From Eledone cirrhosa (Eukaryota), in NCBI GenBank assembly GCA_964016885.1, contig OZ024743.1:57660001-57724000 (forward strand): a stretch of DNA of 64,000 bases, read 5' to 3'. Both the position numbers and the translations under genes were made by a program. Positions 13,096 to 27,475 of the stretch are shown here, piece by piece. Numbering within the stretch: the stretch's first letter is position 1; each line of letters starts with the position of its first letter. The notes beneath the pieces are model-generated. The model saw nothing but the letters and a program-made list of their open reading frames with translations, did not search any database and was not told the origin of the DNA.

Positions 13096-13320
13096 CACAC
13101 GCAGTACACACGCAGTACACACGCAGTACACACGCAGTACACACGCAGTACACACGCAGTACACACACAGTACACACGCAGTACACACGCAGTACACACG
13201 CAGTACACACACAGTACACACGCAGTACACACGCAGTACACACGCAGTACACACACAGTACACACGCAGTACACACGCAGTACACATGCAGTACACACGC
13301 AGTACACACGCAATGCACAC
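13096..13320. repeat. 11-bp minisatellite (cacacgcagta)n, about 20 copies
   Basis: Directly visible; translates as an 11-aa period HTQYTRSTHAV. Confidence 0.95.
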
Positions 13321-13414
13321 ACAAAACGTGTAAAATATGAATTTTGTTTCTTTGTTTCTCTTTCTCTCTCTCGCTCTTTCTTTCTTTCTCTCTCTTTCTC
13401 GCTCTTTCTTTCTC

Positions 13415-13557
<143 letters not shown>

Positions 13558-13796
13558 ATTAGGTGAGTTGGTTAAATAACAACGCTTATCTGAATAAGTT
13601 AATCTTAGTTAATGGAAGATTTTAGCTCAACATTTTACATAAATCAAACAGAGCCTACTACCATATGTGTTCTTAGTATAGAGAGCAAACTCCCATGACG
13701 TATTCCCCTCAACTCTATTGTTGATTCAACAGGGGATAATACCTGTTACAAGCACGAAGTCAATGCCAAATTGAAATAATATTAATGATAATAAGG

Positions 13797-13842
<46 letters not shown>

Positions 13843-14204
13843 AAGACGATGATGATAATAATAAATATAGTTTCCCATTTCCAAAGCCCAAGCTCTAACT
13901 CTTACTAAAATGTAAATGGCAAAAGAATGAAAGATATAAAGTATATACATATAATAAAGTCTCCTGCTGAACCCCTTTTTCATCGTTTTAAACCCTAATC
14001 CTATAAATTGCTACGTATTTTTGTTAAGAATTACTTCCATGTTTTAAAACACATGATCTTTCCATTTCACGCTTCAATGACTCAACGCTATGTTAAGTAG
14101 CGATCGTGTGTGTATAGTACATAGGGTAATGTACAAACGTCAGGAAAATGAACAGTGTATGAGTCATGATATACACATGTGTGCATGTGTATGGAAGGGG
14201 GACA

Positions 14205-17059
14205 TCAGGTGTAGTTTTTGCGTATTTCGGGAAGCATGAGGGTTTCAAAGGATGCAGTGTCTTGGCAGCTAACAACTGACGCAGGCAGTATTTTCCATGA
14301 TTCAGTAACTTTAAGCGTGAAAAAATGTTTCCGAAAGTCATGGGATCTGTGCCGTTTTCTGATTTTGTAGGCATGTCCACGTGTGTTAGACACATGGAAA
14401 TCAGAAGGTGTCTAGGGTTGGCGAGATGGTTAATAATTTTGTGGCTCCATTGCCAGACGTCGGAGCTTCAATGAATCCATGCCCAGGGAAGCAAGGCGTT
14501 CCGAGTATGGTAGGTGTCTGATGGAGGGTATGCGTTTGGTTGCACGTCTCTGAACAGTTTCCAGGAGGTCAATGTTCTGAGCAAGATATGGGTTCCAGAC
14601 TGATGATGCGAATTCCAAGTGTCGTCGTACCATAGCTGTATACAGCTTTAAATAGATGGCTGGAAAGCGGCTAACAAAGGTCTTGCTGAATGATGCTAAG
14701 ACACCCTTGGCCTTCTTGACAATTTTAGAGATGTGCTTTGTCCAACGCAAATCGCTGCTGACAGTAATGCCCAGGTCACGTTCACAAGAGGACTTCTTGA
14801 TATCAGTGTTGTGATGGAGTATGTGGATGCTGGATTTTTCCTCCCAAAATGCATGGTAGTACACTTGTCCACAGCCAACTTCAGTTGCCAGTCTGTGATC
14901 CATTGTTGCATTGTGTCCAGGTCTGATTGTAGGAAAGAGTTATAGATTTCAGGATCTGTCCTTTTAATTTCAAGGTATAGCTGGATGTCATCTGAAATAT
15001 TTCAGTACTGTGGCATTCTTTAAGTTGGCATCTATGTCATTAATGTATGCAACAAACAAAAGGGGACCAAGAACAGATCCCTGTGGTACACCAGATGACA
15101 TCTCATATGGTGAAGAATGCTGTCCTAGAAACATGACTACCTCTTTTCGGCTGAGAATGAAGGATTTCAACCAGTTAAAAAGACCCATCCTCCCTCACAC
15201 TCATTGCAGAGGGTTTCGCCATAAGTTTTTTGTGTGGCACAGAATTAAAAGCCTTAGCGAAGTCAATGTAAACAACATCCACCCATGAGCCGCTGTCAGT
15301 GATCCGGGTAATGTCTTCAAGGAACTGGATAAGCTGATCATAGCAGCTGGAGTTAGGGATAAATCCAAATTGCGAGGGCCGGATGAGGCTGTGAGAGCTC
15401 CAGAACTTCCAAAGTGTTTCTCTGACACAGGATTCCATCAGCTTGGCAATACAGCTAGTAAGACTGACTGGACGATAGTTGACAGGTGACGTGCGGTCGC
15501 CCTTTTTGAACAGGGGAATGACACTGGCAGTTTTCCACTGCTCCGGAGTAGCACCATTTTTTGAGACAGTATTGAAAGAAGAAAGAAAGCTGGTGCAAAA
15601 AGAAGTCCCCGCAACATTTGAGAAGCAGGTATGTAACACTATCAAGACCAGGGGGGGGGGGAGCATAGTTGCGCTTATTCTTAAGGTGATGTCGCAGCAT
15701 TGCAGGTGTAAATTCCATAGTTGTTATGGAATTTGATGTTAGAGATGGTGGAGATGGTGCATTCTGGTTTTCAACAGTAAAAATGCTTGCATAACACTCA
15801 ACAATGAGTTCTGCGCATTCTTTGGGATCGTCAGTGATCTGGCTTGTGTGGGGATTGCGAAGAGGACCAACTGGAGAGTGATGTCTCTGCTTTGAATGTA
15901 CATATTTCCAGAACATCTTACTGTCAAGATTGGTTGCTATGCACTGTTCAAATTCAAGCACTGCCTTTTTTGTCACTTGCTTGAGATGGAAGATTTATTC
16001 CGCTTTTTTCTGTTGGCATCTGATTTATGCAGTCTATATTCCTGTTCAGCATTCCGACGTTCTTTCCTGGCAAGCCGGACCGCTGAAGTTTCCCAAATAG
16101 CACTTTTGGGGTGTTTTTTTTTCTGCTTACGTGGCACTGATGCTGCACACGCTATCCATATTGAGTCCAGGCTGCTCTGGAGTATAGTGTTCACATCTCC
16201 AGAGTTATAGAACTCATGCCAGTTTGGGCGCTGTAGCACAGTGCAGTACAAGTTCCAATCTGATTTCTTCCAATCAAAGCAAGCAGGTTGGAGATGGTTC
16301 TGGTTTTTGTTGTTGCCCGCAAGAGTCAGATTGGCAATGATCATAACATGATAAGAGTCGCCTAGAGGTTCCTCAGTAGTACAACTGATAACCACTTCAG
16401 GAGTAGTGGTGAAGAGCAGGTCCAAAGTGTTGTCACCTCGTGTTGGAGAGGTGACTACTTGTGACCAGTTTGAGTCCAGCACTAGCTCAAGGAAATCGTT
16501 TGCATTTTGTGGCCAACGAAAGGTTTCCCAATCGATCTCAGGATGATTGAAGTCACCTGCAATAAACACATAAGTGGCTGTTTACCTGGCAGCAGCTCTG
16601 CGGATATCACAAAGCTGTGTGTCCTGATGGTAGTTTTTTTTTGTGGGGGGGGGGGGGGACATAAGCAACACCAAGCAGAAGTGTTGACGTGGTCATACGT
16701 ATGTCAGAAAAAAACTTCTTCTTGTGATTCGTTCAAATCAATGCAAGGAATTACCGAAAGGTTTGAACGAACGTAGACCATCACACCACCACCACGGCGG
16801 TTAATGCAGTCCTTCCGGAACAGGTTGTACCCAGAAATGCTGAAAACCCCATCACAGAGTAAGGAATGTGCTCAGTTTCCGTGACTGTGATGAAGTCAGG
16901 GTCGATGCTTCTGACGTAGGAGTTAAACAGATGTATCTTGTTGCATAAACTGCTAGCATTTAAGGACAACAATTTGTACCCTGCTTGTAGTTTATGATGG
17001 TGCGTAGAGGATGGCAGGTTGTTCTGATTTAGTTTCCCAGAGTTGTTGCAGTTTTTCAT
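14205..17059 (-). pseudogene. CR1-type ORF2 (APE plus RT) with multiple frameshifts
   Basis: ORF pieces 16781-17059, 15973-16569, 15455-15976, 15175-15666, 14988-15188, 14430-14903 and 14205-14393 carry the motifs in colinear order. Confidence 0.9.
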
Positions 17060-18306
17060 TGCCAGTTATTGTGGGTAGAGCGCACTCAGACCAGCTGGTA
17101 TCTCTCTTCCACGTTTCACCAGCCTGAACAAACCTCCAGATCTGCCCATCATCACGCAGACTAAAACTTTCATGTTGTGCTGAGCTCCGATTCAAGGAAG
17201 CTGCAGCACGTAGCTTTGGACGTGCATCAGGTGGTAGGCCTGGGCGTGTTCGGAAGGTAATCCGATTTTCACGCCCAGCTTTAACAGAGGCCAGATGATA
17301 TGAAATTGCCTCGGCGGGGTCCGGAAAAAAACAGCCTGGTGAGTCTGGGTTTTCGACCAGATCGACCAAGGCGGAGAGCACCCTTTGGGGGAACACAGCC
17401 TAGGCCTTTGGCTGAGCTGGCAGCAAAAGCTTGAAGATCAGCCTTGTCTTCTGGTACCCCAATAGCAATTACTTCATGGGTAGCAGATTCCACGGTCTTC
17501 TCAGCGTGTCCAGATACGGCAAGAGGTACAGGGAGATTTTTTTAGCAAGGCGTTCCGATAAGAACCCTCATTGTGGGGTCCTACCCGAATGCTTGCTTTT
17601 ATTCCTGTTACTTCCCTTCTCAAAGCAGAAATCATTTGTTGCAATTCTGCAAAATTTGTACTGGTCGGTTGTTGTTGTTGTTGTTGCTGTTGCTGCTGTT
17701 GTTGTTGTTGCTGTTTCTGCTGCTGATGTTGTTGTTGTTGTTGTAGTTGTTGTTGCTGATGATGATGATGATGTTCCTCCACGGGAATGGTAGGGCAAGA
17801 CACAGTCGTCGGTTGTTGGTGTCGAGATGTACTGGGAGCGGAAGACATGGGTTGTTGCTGTTTCTGATGTTCTTCCACAGGAATAACAGCAGAAGCCAGT
17901 GTCATAGGTGTTTTCCGTTGCTCAGTAACATTCGTAGAGGAAGATACAGTCATGGTTTTTTGTTGTTGTTGTTGTTGCTTTTCAATAACATTGGTGGAAG
18001 CAGGCACACAGGCCAGGCACACACGCCAGGCACTGAAAGGACGAAGATTTTAGCTGGACCATCTCCCAGAGTCCATCCATCATATGATGTCTCATTTTTT
18101 TGGCCTGGGATCCTCCGGAAGCCTGTGGCGCATTGAAGGCAGACAGAGGTGCGACAGGTTCCACATTCGACCCAATGATTACGGAATGAGTTTTCGGGTT
18201 ATGTACAAATATGGCAGGTGTGATTTTCTGGGCAATGTTCTATTTTGGAACATCGACCAGTTTTGTCGCATACTTCATCCATGGCAATTTTGTTGATTCT
18301 GCCCAT
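16992..18306 (-). pseudogene. CR1-type ORF1 with PHD-like Cys cluster and polyQ tract
   Basis: CHIC..WVECGTC..VCLQC..(FQ)CLAC read across a stop and a frameshift; Q-rich stretch at 17670-17775; IAIGVPE and RLGR motifs downstream. Confidence 0.6.
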
Positions 18307-18952
18307 CCGTAGAAAAACACAGAATGTAAACAATATAGGTTTAGCACACTTGATTACGATAGAAATAAAATGCCTGTTTTTTGTGTATTTTTGTTTCCGT
18401 TTTCCTAAATATTGTGTGTGTGTGTACAAAAGGATCTGCGCATGTAAACAAATAAATATGCTGCGTAAGTTAACGAGATAAATGTTTGTTTATGTTTTGT
18501 TTTTGTATTTCTATTTCTATTTTCCTATGTATTATGTGTGTGTGTGTGTATGCAACAAGATCGGCACACGAATATATAATTATATATATATAATTAAAAA
18601 ATGTGTATGTGGGTTAGAAGCGAAGTCAATGTTCAGAAATATTTTACAAATGTACGTAAGATTGGCCGGTATAGTGTCTCACACGAAATAGTGTGGTTTC
18701 TTTTCACTTGTGTGTATATGCGTGTGGTATGTATCTGTATATAAATATGTGTGTATATTGTTGTTTATATATTTTGTGAAGTACTTACTGCGATTCCTAA
18801 GGGATGTAGTGATTTGTTTTTTTTTGTTTTGTTTTTTTCCCCGTCCAAGTCCACACGTGGTTTGTTGGCGAAAATCAAATCAAATATACTTCGTTAAAAT
18901 AATTCTATGTTGAAGCTGGTACTAGTAGTCAGGGAACAGTCAAAGTATTTGT

Positions 18953-19140
18953 AATAATTGTTTCTACTTTTGGCACAAGGTCAGCAATTACCCAGTGTAT
19001 TACTGGTACTTTATTTTATCGACCCCGTAAGGATGAAAGGCAAAGTTAACTTCGGTGGGATTTGAACTCAGAATTGCAAGTACCGTAACTCAATGCGTCA
19101 AAGCATGGCGTCCGACCCTCTACCGATACTGCAAATCCAT
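18953..19140 (-). mobile_element. Octopus-type SINE
   Basis: actggtactttattttatcgaccccgtaaggatgaaagg...atttgaactcaga is the reverse complement of the SINE core. Confidence 0.8.
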
Positions 19141-19169
19141 TGTAATAATGAATATTGTAATCCATCTGA

Positions 19170-19322
19170 CCGTGCCAAGCCTTTCCTCACTTAAAAATGT
19201 TTCAAGCACAGGCATCGCTTGATATGTGATATTTGGTACGATGCCTGGTATGGCTGGTCATAGGCAAGTCCATAGCAGGACTAAAAAGCCACGTCCGCGA
19301 TGCTCATGCTAAATATCGAGTT
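19170..19322. repeat. Unclassified dispersed repeat; second copy at 23353-23505
   Basis: Shares aagcctttcctca...catcgcttgat...aggactaaaaagccacgtc...gatgctcatgc with the second copy. Confidence 0.7.
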
Positions 19323-19342
19323 GCAGCTATCATCATCATCAT

Positions 19343-19392
<50 letters not shown>

Positions 19393-19430
19393 TCACACAT
19401 ATATATACATGAATATGTGCACACACACGT

Positions 19431-19481
<51 letters not shown>

Positions 19482-19566
19482 TACATATACATACATATCA
19501 GTTTTGTATTAAGTGGTAATGTGTTAAACAGCTATTTCTGTATGAATAGCTACAATTGTTAGAATT

Positions 19567-19602
<36 letters not shown>

Positions 19603-19980
19603 AATATATGTATATATATATATATATATATAAATATATATATATATGCATATATATATATTGTATATATATTATTTTAACAACTATACACTAGATCAAT
19701 ATGTAAATCAAGTTTTATATGAAATTACAGCATAAATAGCGCACAATGTGAATTAAATTAGTGCCTCGCCTACCTCCATGATGAATGCTGGAATATAATG
19801 GCGGACATTTTGTTTATATTTATACAATTTGTTAGTCATCGTTGGAAGTAGCAGCAACAGCGACTGGAGTAAGTGGCAGTAATAACATCAATGGCTGCAG
19901 ATGGAGATCATTGGCGGCGATAATGGCAGCAACGACACCAACAATTTCATCTGTATTGTTTTTTTATTTATTCATATATT

Positions 19981-20046
<66 letters not shown>

Positions 20047-20104
20047 TACCACAACCACCACCACCACCACCACCACTATTACTACTGTTACCACTACTAC
20101 TACT

Positions 20105-20600
20105 AGAAACAATGGTTTCTGATTTAGGCACAAGGGCAACAACCTTTTTCGGTGGTGGTGATAGGGGAGTCAATTATATCGACGCCACTGCGTTAATGGT
20201 ACTTTATTTTATCGACCCCATAAGGATGAAAAGCAAAGCTAACCTCCGCTGGATTTGAAATTAGAACGTAAAGGGCTGTAACTCTATGCCGTAAAGAATA
20301 TTGTCCGACGCTCTACCGATACTGCCAAGCCACCACCCTAACCGATCGCAACTCCTAGCAGAAACATCACCGCTTTCCTTGTGATAGGAGAGGAGGCGGG
20401 TTTTGAACCTGAAATACTCAGTGTTGGAAGTGATATCGCAAAGCATCACCTCAGACATTTAACAATCCCGTCCATTCAATCTATTGTATTTATCGACCCC
20501 GAACTGATTAAAGGCAAAGTGGAGCTCGCCGGAAGATGGCCGGAACAAATATCAAGGCATTTAATCCGACTCTTTAACGTCTCTGCCAATTCACCGCCAT
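20105..20600 (-). mobile_element. Two octopus-type SINE copies (20105-20335 and about 20483-20600)
   Basis: tttatcgacccc...atgaaaagcaaag core on the minus strand. Confidence 0.7.
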
Positions 20601-20836
20601 AAATAAGTTGATAGAATAAACTATAACACTCCTCGTCGAAATTGACGGAGAATCTATTGTTATGGTATTGTTTTGTTAACTACAATTCAATAATTTCCAT
20701 GCAATGGCGATAGATATTAGGGCACTGATTGTGGTTGAAATATATATATAGAGAGAATTGGAAATATCCTTTTCTTATATCAACAGTTCAATCAATATGC
20801 TTTGTACAGGAAAGGTTGAACCCAACCCCCACTGCA

Positions 20837-20975
20837 GAAGCGGTCGATTAGACAGAATCGTTCGAATGTCGAATAGAATCCGCTGTGATATTTGTTCCGG
20901 CTCTTTGCGTTCTGCATTCATATCCGGTCGAGATCTATTTTGCTTTTCATCCTTTCGGGGTCGATAAAAATATGT
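20837..20975 (+). mobile_element. Octopus-type SINE
   Basis: ttttcatcctttcggggtcgataaaaa core. Confidence 0.65.
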
Positions 20976-21055
20976 AGCTTTCTCTCTCTTTCTCAGGGTC
21001 GGCGATACCATGAAAGCGAACTGGGGTGAAGTATGATTTAAAGGAAATTTGGCTG

Positions 21056-21164
<109 letters not shown>

Positions 21165-21213
21165 AGTATGTATGATAAAATGATTTATATATATATATAT
21201 ATATATATATCTC

Positions 21214-21370
21214 ATAGGAAAAGAGTCAGGACCCCGACGGCTGAGATCCGGTCGTTTCGGAGCTCAGCCGTTGGGGTCCTGACTCTGTTCCTATTACCCA
21301 CTCTACTACCATAAGTATCGAGTACTCTGGTGCGTTATGGTCCACCTGGTATCTTACCACACCTTTGTTA
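21214..21370 (+). mobile_element. PLE pseudo-LTR remnant (family C) with inverted 5' part, flanked by (TA)n
   Basis: Matches 59670-59808 (agctcagccgtcggggtcc...actctactacc..taagtatcgagtactctggtgcgttatggtcc). The first ~45 bp are the reverse complement of the next ~45 bp. Confidence 0.75.
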
Positions 21371-21375
21371 TATAT

Positions 21376-21492
<117 letters not shown>

Positions 21493-21806
21493 CTATATAT
21501 ATACACACACACCCACGGGAGCGTATATTATTTCATTGTACTGTTGTTTATTTTTGTATACATATATCTATATGTGTGTTGAGTGTTTGTGTCTGTGTTT
21601 TTCTTTATGGCCATTAACTATAGCGGTTAGTCAAAAGGAAATCGATGAAATAAGTACTGGGGTCGAATCGTTTAATTAAAACACTTCAAGGTGGTGCCAT
21701 AGCATGGTCGCAATTGCAGGATTAAAACTAGTAAAATAATAAAAGAAAAGAAATATAGCGGTTTCACTGACTAATATGGTGGAAAATTGACTGAAATATA
21801 TATCTG

Positions 21807-21847
<41 letters not shown>

Positions 21848-21898
21848 CATATAAATACACCAGACACAAAACAGTACAATGAAGAAATACACACATGC

Positions 21899-21932
<34 letters not shown>

Positions 21933-22304
21933 GCACACATCCTTTGGATATATATATATATACATTTATGTCAAATATATATAAATCATTATATCATACA
22001 GACATGCATACGTACAGCTAAATCTCTCTGAAGCCATACTTTACTCTAGGAGGCCTTAATGGTAATACCAGCCTTGAGAAAGAGAGCGCTAACGTTTTTG
22101 TATAATATACATATTAAACAATATATATATTATATATATTATACAATAAAATATTTCGATAACCGAGTTTATGTTCTGATAACAATATGCGAAATAATCT
22201 CCCAACAATTAAATTGTGAAAATAAACCTCACATAGAGTGTATGTAACAATATGTTAAGGTCGCTCTGACATTTCTTCGTTGTCTATCTATTTTAATTGA
22301 GACG

Positions 22305-22345
<41 letters not shown>

Positions 22346-22404
22346 GTCTATCTGTGTATGTATGTATGCGTGTGTGTGTGTTTGCGTATGTATCTCCCTC
22401 TCTT

Positions 22405-22461
<57 letters not shown>

Positions 22462-22991
22462 ACAAATCGTCCTTTATACGGTATTTCGCTTTGAAGTGGC
22501 CAAAAGTCCTCAGGGATTGCAAACCCATAGCTTTGACGTAAGCGCATTTTAAATTTTAGTTCAAACAGTCACAGAGTGAACATAAAACAAAGCGTTTGAT
22601 TTCATTAACGGGGATGAGTGGTAACAGGGCTGCAATACTCCAATGTTGCATACATATACATATTAACCTGTATATATATGTATATTATGGCTCAGCGATA
22701 GATGATTTCCAATACATGTAGATACGTATAAATACATACATATATTTATCTATCTTATCTATATGCTCATATGAATTGTATATATAATTGGTAGACTTGA
22801 TGCCCAGAACAAGTGAAGCATATTCAACCAAAGAGATCTATGCGTATTATGTAAGTGATACGAGCTTCGAATACAATAGCAGAGTATAATTATCGTATAT
22901 CTTTATTATAGTCGTTCCGTACGGTCGTTTCAATATTGCACCATCAACGGCTAGCGCTTATATATCAATATATGTTCAGTGAAACAATATG

Positions 22992-23023
<32 letters not shown>

Positions 23024-23539
23024 TGTATGTATGTATGTATGTATGTATGTTATGTTATGTCACTCTTTAGCACTACTGGTAACAAATAATCCAGCACAAC
23101 CTGTGGGTCATGAGGATGGTGATTTTTGAACATTCTACGGGAGGAAAAGCAAAACCCGCCAAAAGCGGAGGAGTCAACGGTTATCCAACTTTTTAAAAAA
23201 ATTTTTTGTGGAGCGAAAGCATCCCCATTAAGACACCTCTCTAGGAGAAAGTCACTCTGATACAAAACTTGCGACTTCGTTGGCATCTAATGATGGAGAC
23301 CAGTTCTTCTTTTTGGGCAAATGCTTTCGATGTTGAAAGAGTGGGATTGGTCCCGTGCAAAGCCTTTCCTCATTTAAAAAAGCTTCAAACACAGACATCG
23401 CTTGATTTGTGACATTTTATATGTTGTATGCTGTTGCTGGCCGTAGGCATTTCCCTTGTAGGACTAAAAAGCCACGTCTTTGATGCTCATGCCTAATTAT
23501 CAAGCGATGGCATCACTCGAAATCGTGTTGCAGTCAGCA

Positions 23540-23570
<31 letters not shown>

Positions 23571-23588
23571 ATGGGGTGTGTGGGTGAG

Positions 23589-23682
<94 letters not shown>

Positions 23683-23685
<3 letters not shown>

Positions 23686-23875
23686 TGGAGTCAGGACTCC
23701 AACGGATGAACTCCGGCAGTTTCGACAGCAAGATCCAATTCGGATCTGGCTGTTGAAACGGCCAGATCTCAGCCGTCGGGGTCCTGACTCTTTTTATATT
23801 ACCAACTCTACTACCCTAAGTATCGAGTACTCTGGTGCGTTACGGTCCACCTGGTATCTTACCACACCTTCTTTG

Positions 23876-23878
<3 letters not shown>
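23683..23878 (+). mobile_element. PLE pseudo-LTR remnant (family C) with inverted 5' part, flanked by (TA)n
   Basis: Same sequence and fold-back layout as 21214-21370. Confidence 0.75.
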
Positions 23879-23968
<90 letters not shown>

Positions 23969-24909
23969 ATAGAAAAGAAAAATCAGTGATGCATCTGAAC
24001 TCAATTTATTGTGTTACAATTGTTTCGCCGGCGGACAGCTCGAGACGCGATCATTGTGTGGAGCTGTCTGATTCTGGACCCGCAGGTTCGACTGACACGT
24101 CTAATGATTTCGGAGCATATTCTCTCATATATATATACAGTATATATTGATATATATCTGTTAGACACGCAGTGACTAACAACAGAATTTTTTAAGTCTG
24201 CGTGTCTGACATATATGCGTAGCTTGTGAATAAAAGATTCAAGGGGTTTCGCTGGCCGTGGTGATCCCTGCCAAGCATCTTTTGTAATGTATCGTCTTAT
24301 TGGCTAATTTCATCGTCTTATTGGCTAATCAACCAATGAGAGTAATTGTTACTCAAAAGCATCCGCCACTTTGTTTGCACGTTTATTTATCGTTTCGCTT
24401 TCGAATCTTCCTCCTGTATTTCGACGTTTATCATCAAAATATTTTCTCTCGTTTTGGTAAGTTATATTGTTAATTTATATATGATTTTTTAAATTTATAT
24501 TAACTATATTTTTTCAGTTCGTTATAACATTCTTATAATATTGGTTTATCATATTTACTTGTATATTTGTCCAAATTATTGTTCGTTTTGTGTTAGATTA
24601 TGTTATTATAATTATGTTTGATTATTTTTTTATTATAATTTTAGACTATTTGCATGTAATATTTAATTTTTATTAATTCAACTATATCAATTATTATGTA
24701 AAATATATTTATTTAATATTGATTGTTTTTTGTAGTTGTTTATATTAAAAGTCTGAAAATATTTTTTATACATCTCACAATAATATTTATAAGACCATTT
24801 ATAAAATAACAATTATATAATCTAATTACATTACAACGATAATTTATTATTAATATATATCATGTTTAACTAGAGTTGTTACAAGCGTTGCCTTAAAAAA
24901 ATATTAAAC

Positions 24910-25352
24910 TAGACCTGAAAAATACGCATGATCAAAAGAGCAACAGAATGTTATAATAAACCTTCAAAAGTGTGGGACTAGAGTTGTTGCTCAAAAATAT
25001 TGTAATCATTATCTATCGTACACTTCTGTGGCATCCTTTTATAAAGAAGAGACTCATAACGAACTCAAGACGACACGATAATTATTTAAGTGAATTTATA
25101 ATATAGAATTCGGTTTAAGTGCATTTCGTATTAATCGTTACTAAACATCTAATATGAGATATTGAACATTAGCTTAAATAATTATCGTGTCGTCTTGAGT
25201 TCGTTATGAGTCCCTTTTTTATAAAAGGATGCCACAGAGTGTACGATAGATAATGATTACAATATTTTTGAGCAACAACTCTAGTCCCACACTTTTGAAG
25301 GTTTATTATAACATTCTGTGGCTATTTTGAGCTTGCACATTTTTCAGGTCTA
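24910..25352. repeat. Long inverted repeat: ~180-bp arms, ~82-bp spacer
   Basis: 24910-25090 is a near-identical reverse complement of 25173-25352. Confidence 0.9.
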
Positions 25353-25367
25353 TTATATATATATATA

Positions 25368-25474
<107 letters not shown>

Positions 25475-25713
25475 CACGATGTATTTATGTGTAATAAACG
25501 CAGAGGTGTCTCGCAATAAAACAGTATATACTAATTCTAATACTATACTTGGTTTAGTATTTACTATTCATGGTCTGCGATGTTATGTATATACAGTTAT
25601 TGCAACTCACAAGGATTTTGACTTTGATAATTTCCCTCTACATGATTGTTGGTTATAATGACACGCATCTTTGGATTGTTTCATTTCATAATAAAGTAGA
25701 CCTGTCTATATGG

Positions 25714-25822
<109 letters not shown>

Positions 25823-26003
25823 TGTGTGTGCGTGCGTGTGTGTGTTTACATATATGTATATGTGTGTGTGCGTGTGTGTATATACATATATATATATATG
25901 TATATATTTATACATATATGTAAATACATACATGCATGTATATATATATATATATTTATGCATACATAAATATATATAGACATATATATATACATAAATG
26001 TAA

Positions 26004-26081
<78 letters not shown>

Positions 26082-26170
26082 ATGTAAGTATTTACATTTA
26101 TATATATGTATGTATTTACATTTATATATACATTTATATATATATGTATTTACATACATATATATAAATG

Positions 26171-26219
<49 letters not shown>

Positions 26220-26550
26220 GTATTTATACATGAAAGTATGTGTGTGTAAAGATTAAACAGATAAATATGGCAGAGATATAGGAGTCAATTATAAGTTTTG
26301 TCAGTTCAATAGAGATGGAAGACAACAGTGACAACAAAGACTTGTTTAAACAGTAACTGTTTTTTTTTTATTACTCTTCATCACAAAGACAGATTTTGGC
26401 GTAACTTTGAAGTTTGGCAAATATTTTATATCATTTAGGCTGATCGACATTGGAACTAAAACAAACAAGTGTATATAAATATGCGTGTATAGATTTCCAT
26501 TTCATTTTCCTACGCTAATATACTCGTGCGCGTGCGCACGCACACACACG

Positions 26551-26625
<75 letters not shown>

Positions 26626-26665
26626 CTATTTTACTATTCTCTCTCTCAATCACTCTCTCTCTGTG

Positions 26666-26736
<71 letters not shown>

Positions 26737-26824
26737 TCTATTCTTCCTCTAAGCGTTTTTACATCCCTGTGTTTGTTTTCTTTTATTTATCAACTATATA
26801 TATATAACTATATATATATATATA

Positions 26825-27080
26825 TTGTTATACTTTGTGAGGGCCATGTTGCCAATAAAAATACTCGCACCTTTCATTTTTGTGTGTTGTGTTAACAAGA
26901 ACATGGTGTAGGATGGAACAAAAAAGTGACACGAAATAAAAACCTAGTCACTGAGGAGGTCGCAGAATATGAGACGAAAGAGCTTTGTTAATTTATAAAC
27001 AATCTTCCGGTTATCGAATCAGCCACACGGAAATTTATAATAAATTGAAGTGAAAACCAGCATGTGCGTGTGCTTTCATA
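26825..27080 (+). mobile_element. PLE pseudo-LTR (family B) with hammerhead motif and inverted terminal piece
   Basis: Starts ttgttatactttgtgagggccatg, the reverse complement of the family B 3' end at 51098-51121; homologous to 39260-39590. Confidence 0.7.
26947..26989 (+). ncRNA. Minimal type-I hammerhead ribozyme motif
   Basis: gtca-CTGAGGA-ggtcgca/tgagac-GAAA-gagc-TT-tg. Confidence 0.6.
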
Positions 27081-27214
27081 TATATATATATATATATATA
27101 AAGTGTCGGGGCTCGACTGGTGAGCTCTTAGCGTAACCATACTCTACAAACCCAAGTATCGAGTACTCTGTTGAGTAATAGTCTAACCAGTTTCAAACTA
27201 AACCCATCCTAATT

Positions 27215-27273
<59 letters not shown>

Positions 27274-27277
<4 letters not shown>

Positions 27278-27475
27278 TTAGCGAGAATCGCATTTGGGCG
27301 AGTAGAAATTAGCAACTTCCGAATTGTGTTGACAAGCGCTCCATGGATATGAAGATACGAGAGCTATAAACATAAGTTAAAAAGGCTATACAAAACTGAC
27401 ACGATGGTTAAGAAGCCATTAACCACCTAAGTAAAAAAAGCGAACAAGCTAAGCGAGTCAAACAAAATAAGATAT
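27274..27475. repeat. Unclassified (TA)n-adjacent dispersed repeat; second copy at 29348-29552
   Basis: aaatttagcgagaatcgcattt...gacaagcgctccatggatatgaagatac...gatggttaagaa is present in both copies. Confidence 0.8.

Larger units (their letters stand above)
14090..18430 (-). mobile_element. CR1-clade LINE, near full length, decayed
   Basis: APE motifs LSLNASSL, TVTET, AGDFN, TRGDNTLDL. RT motifs PLFKKGD..NYRPVSLTS, IDFAKAF, SGVPQGSVLGPLLF. CR1-type C-terminus ERDLGI, HLEFASSVWNPY, TRGH. Upstream Cys-rich ORF1. Confidence 0.92.
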
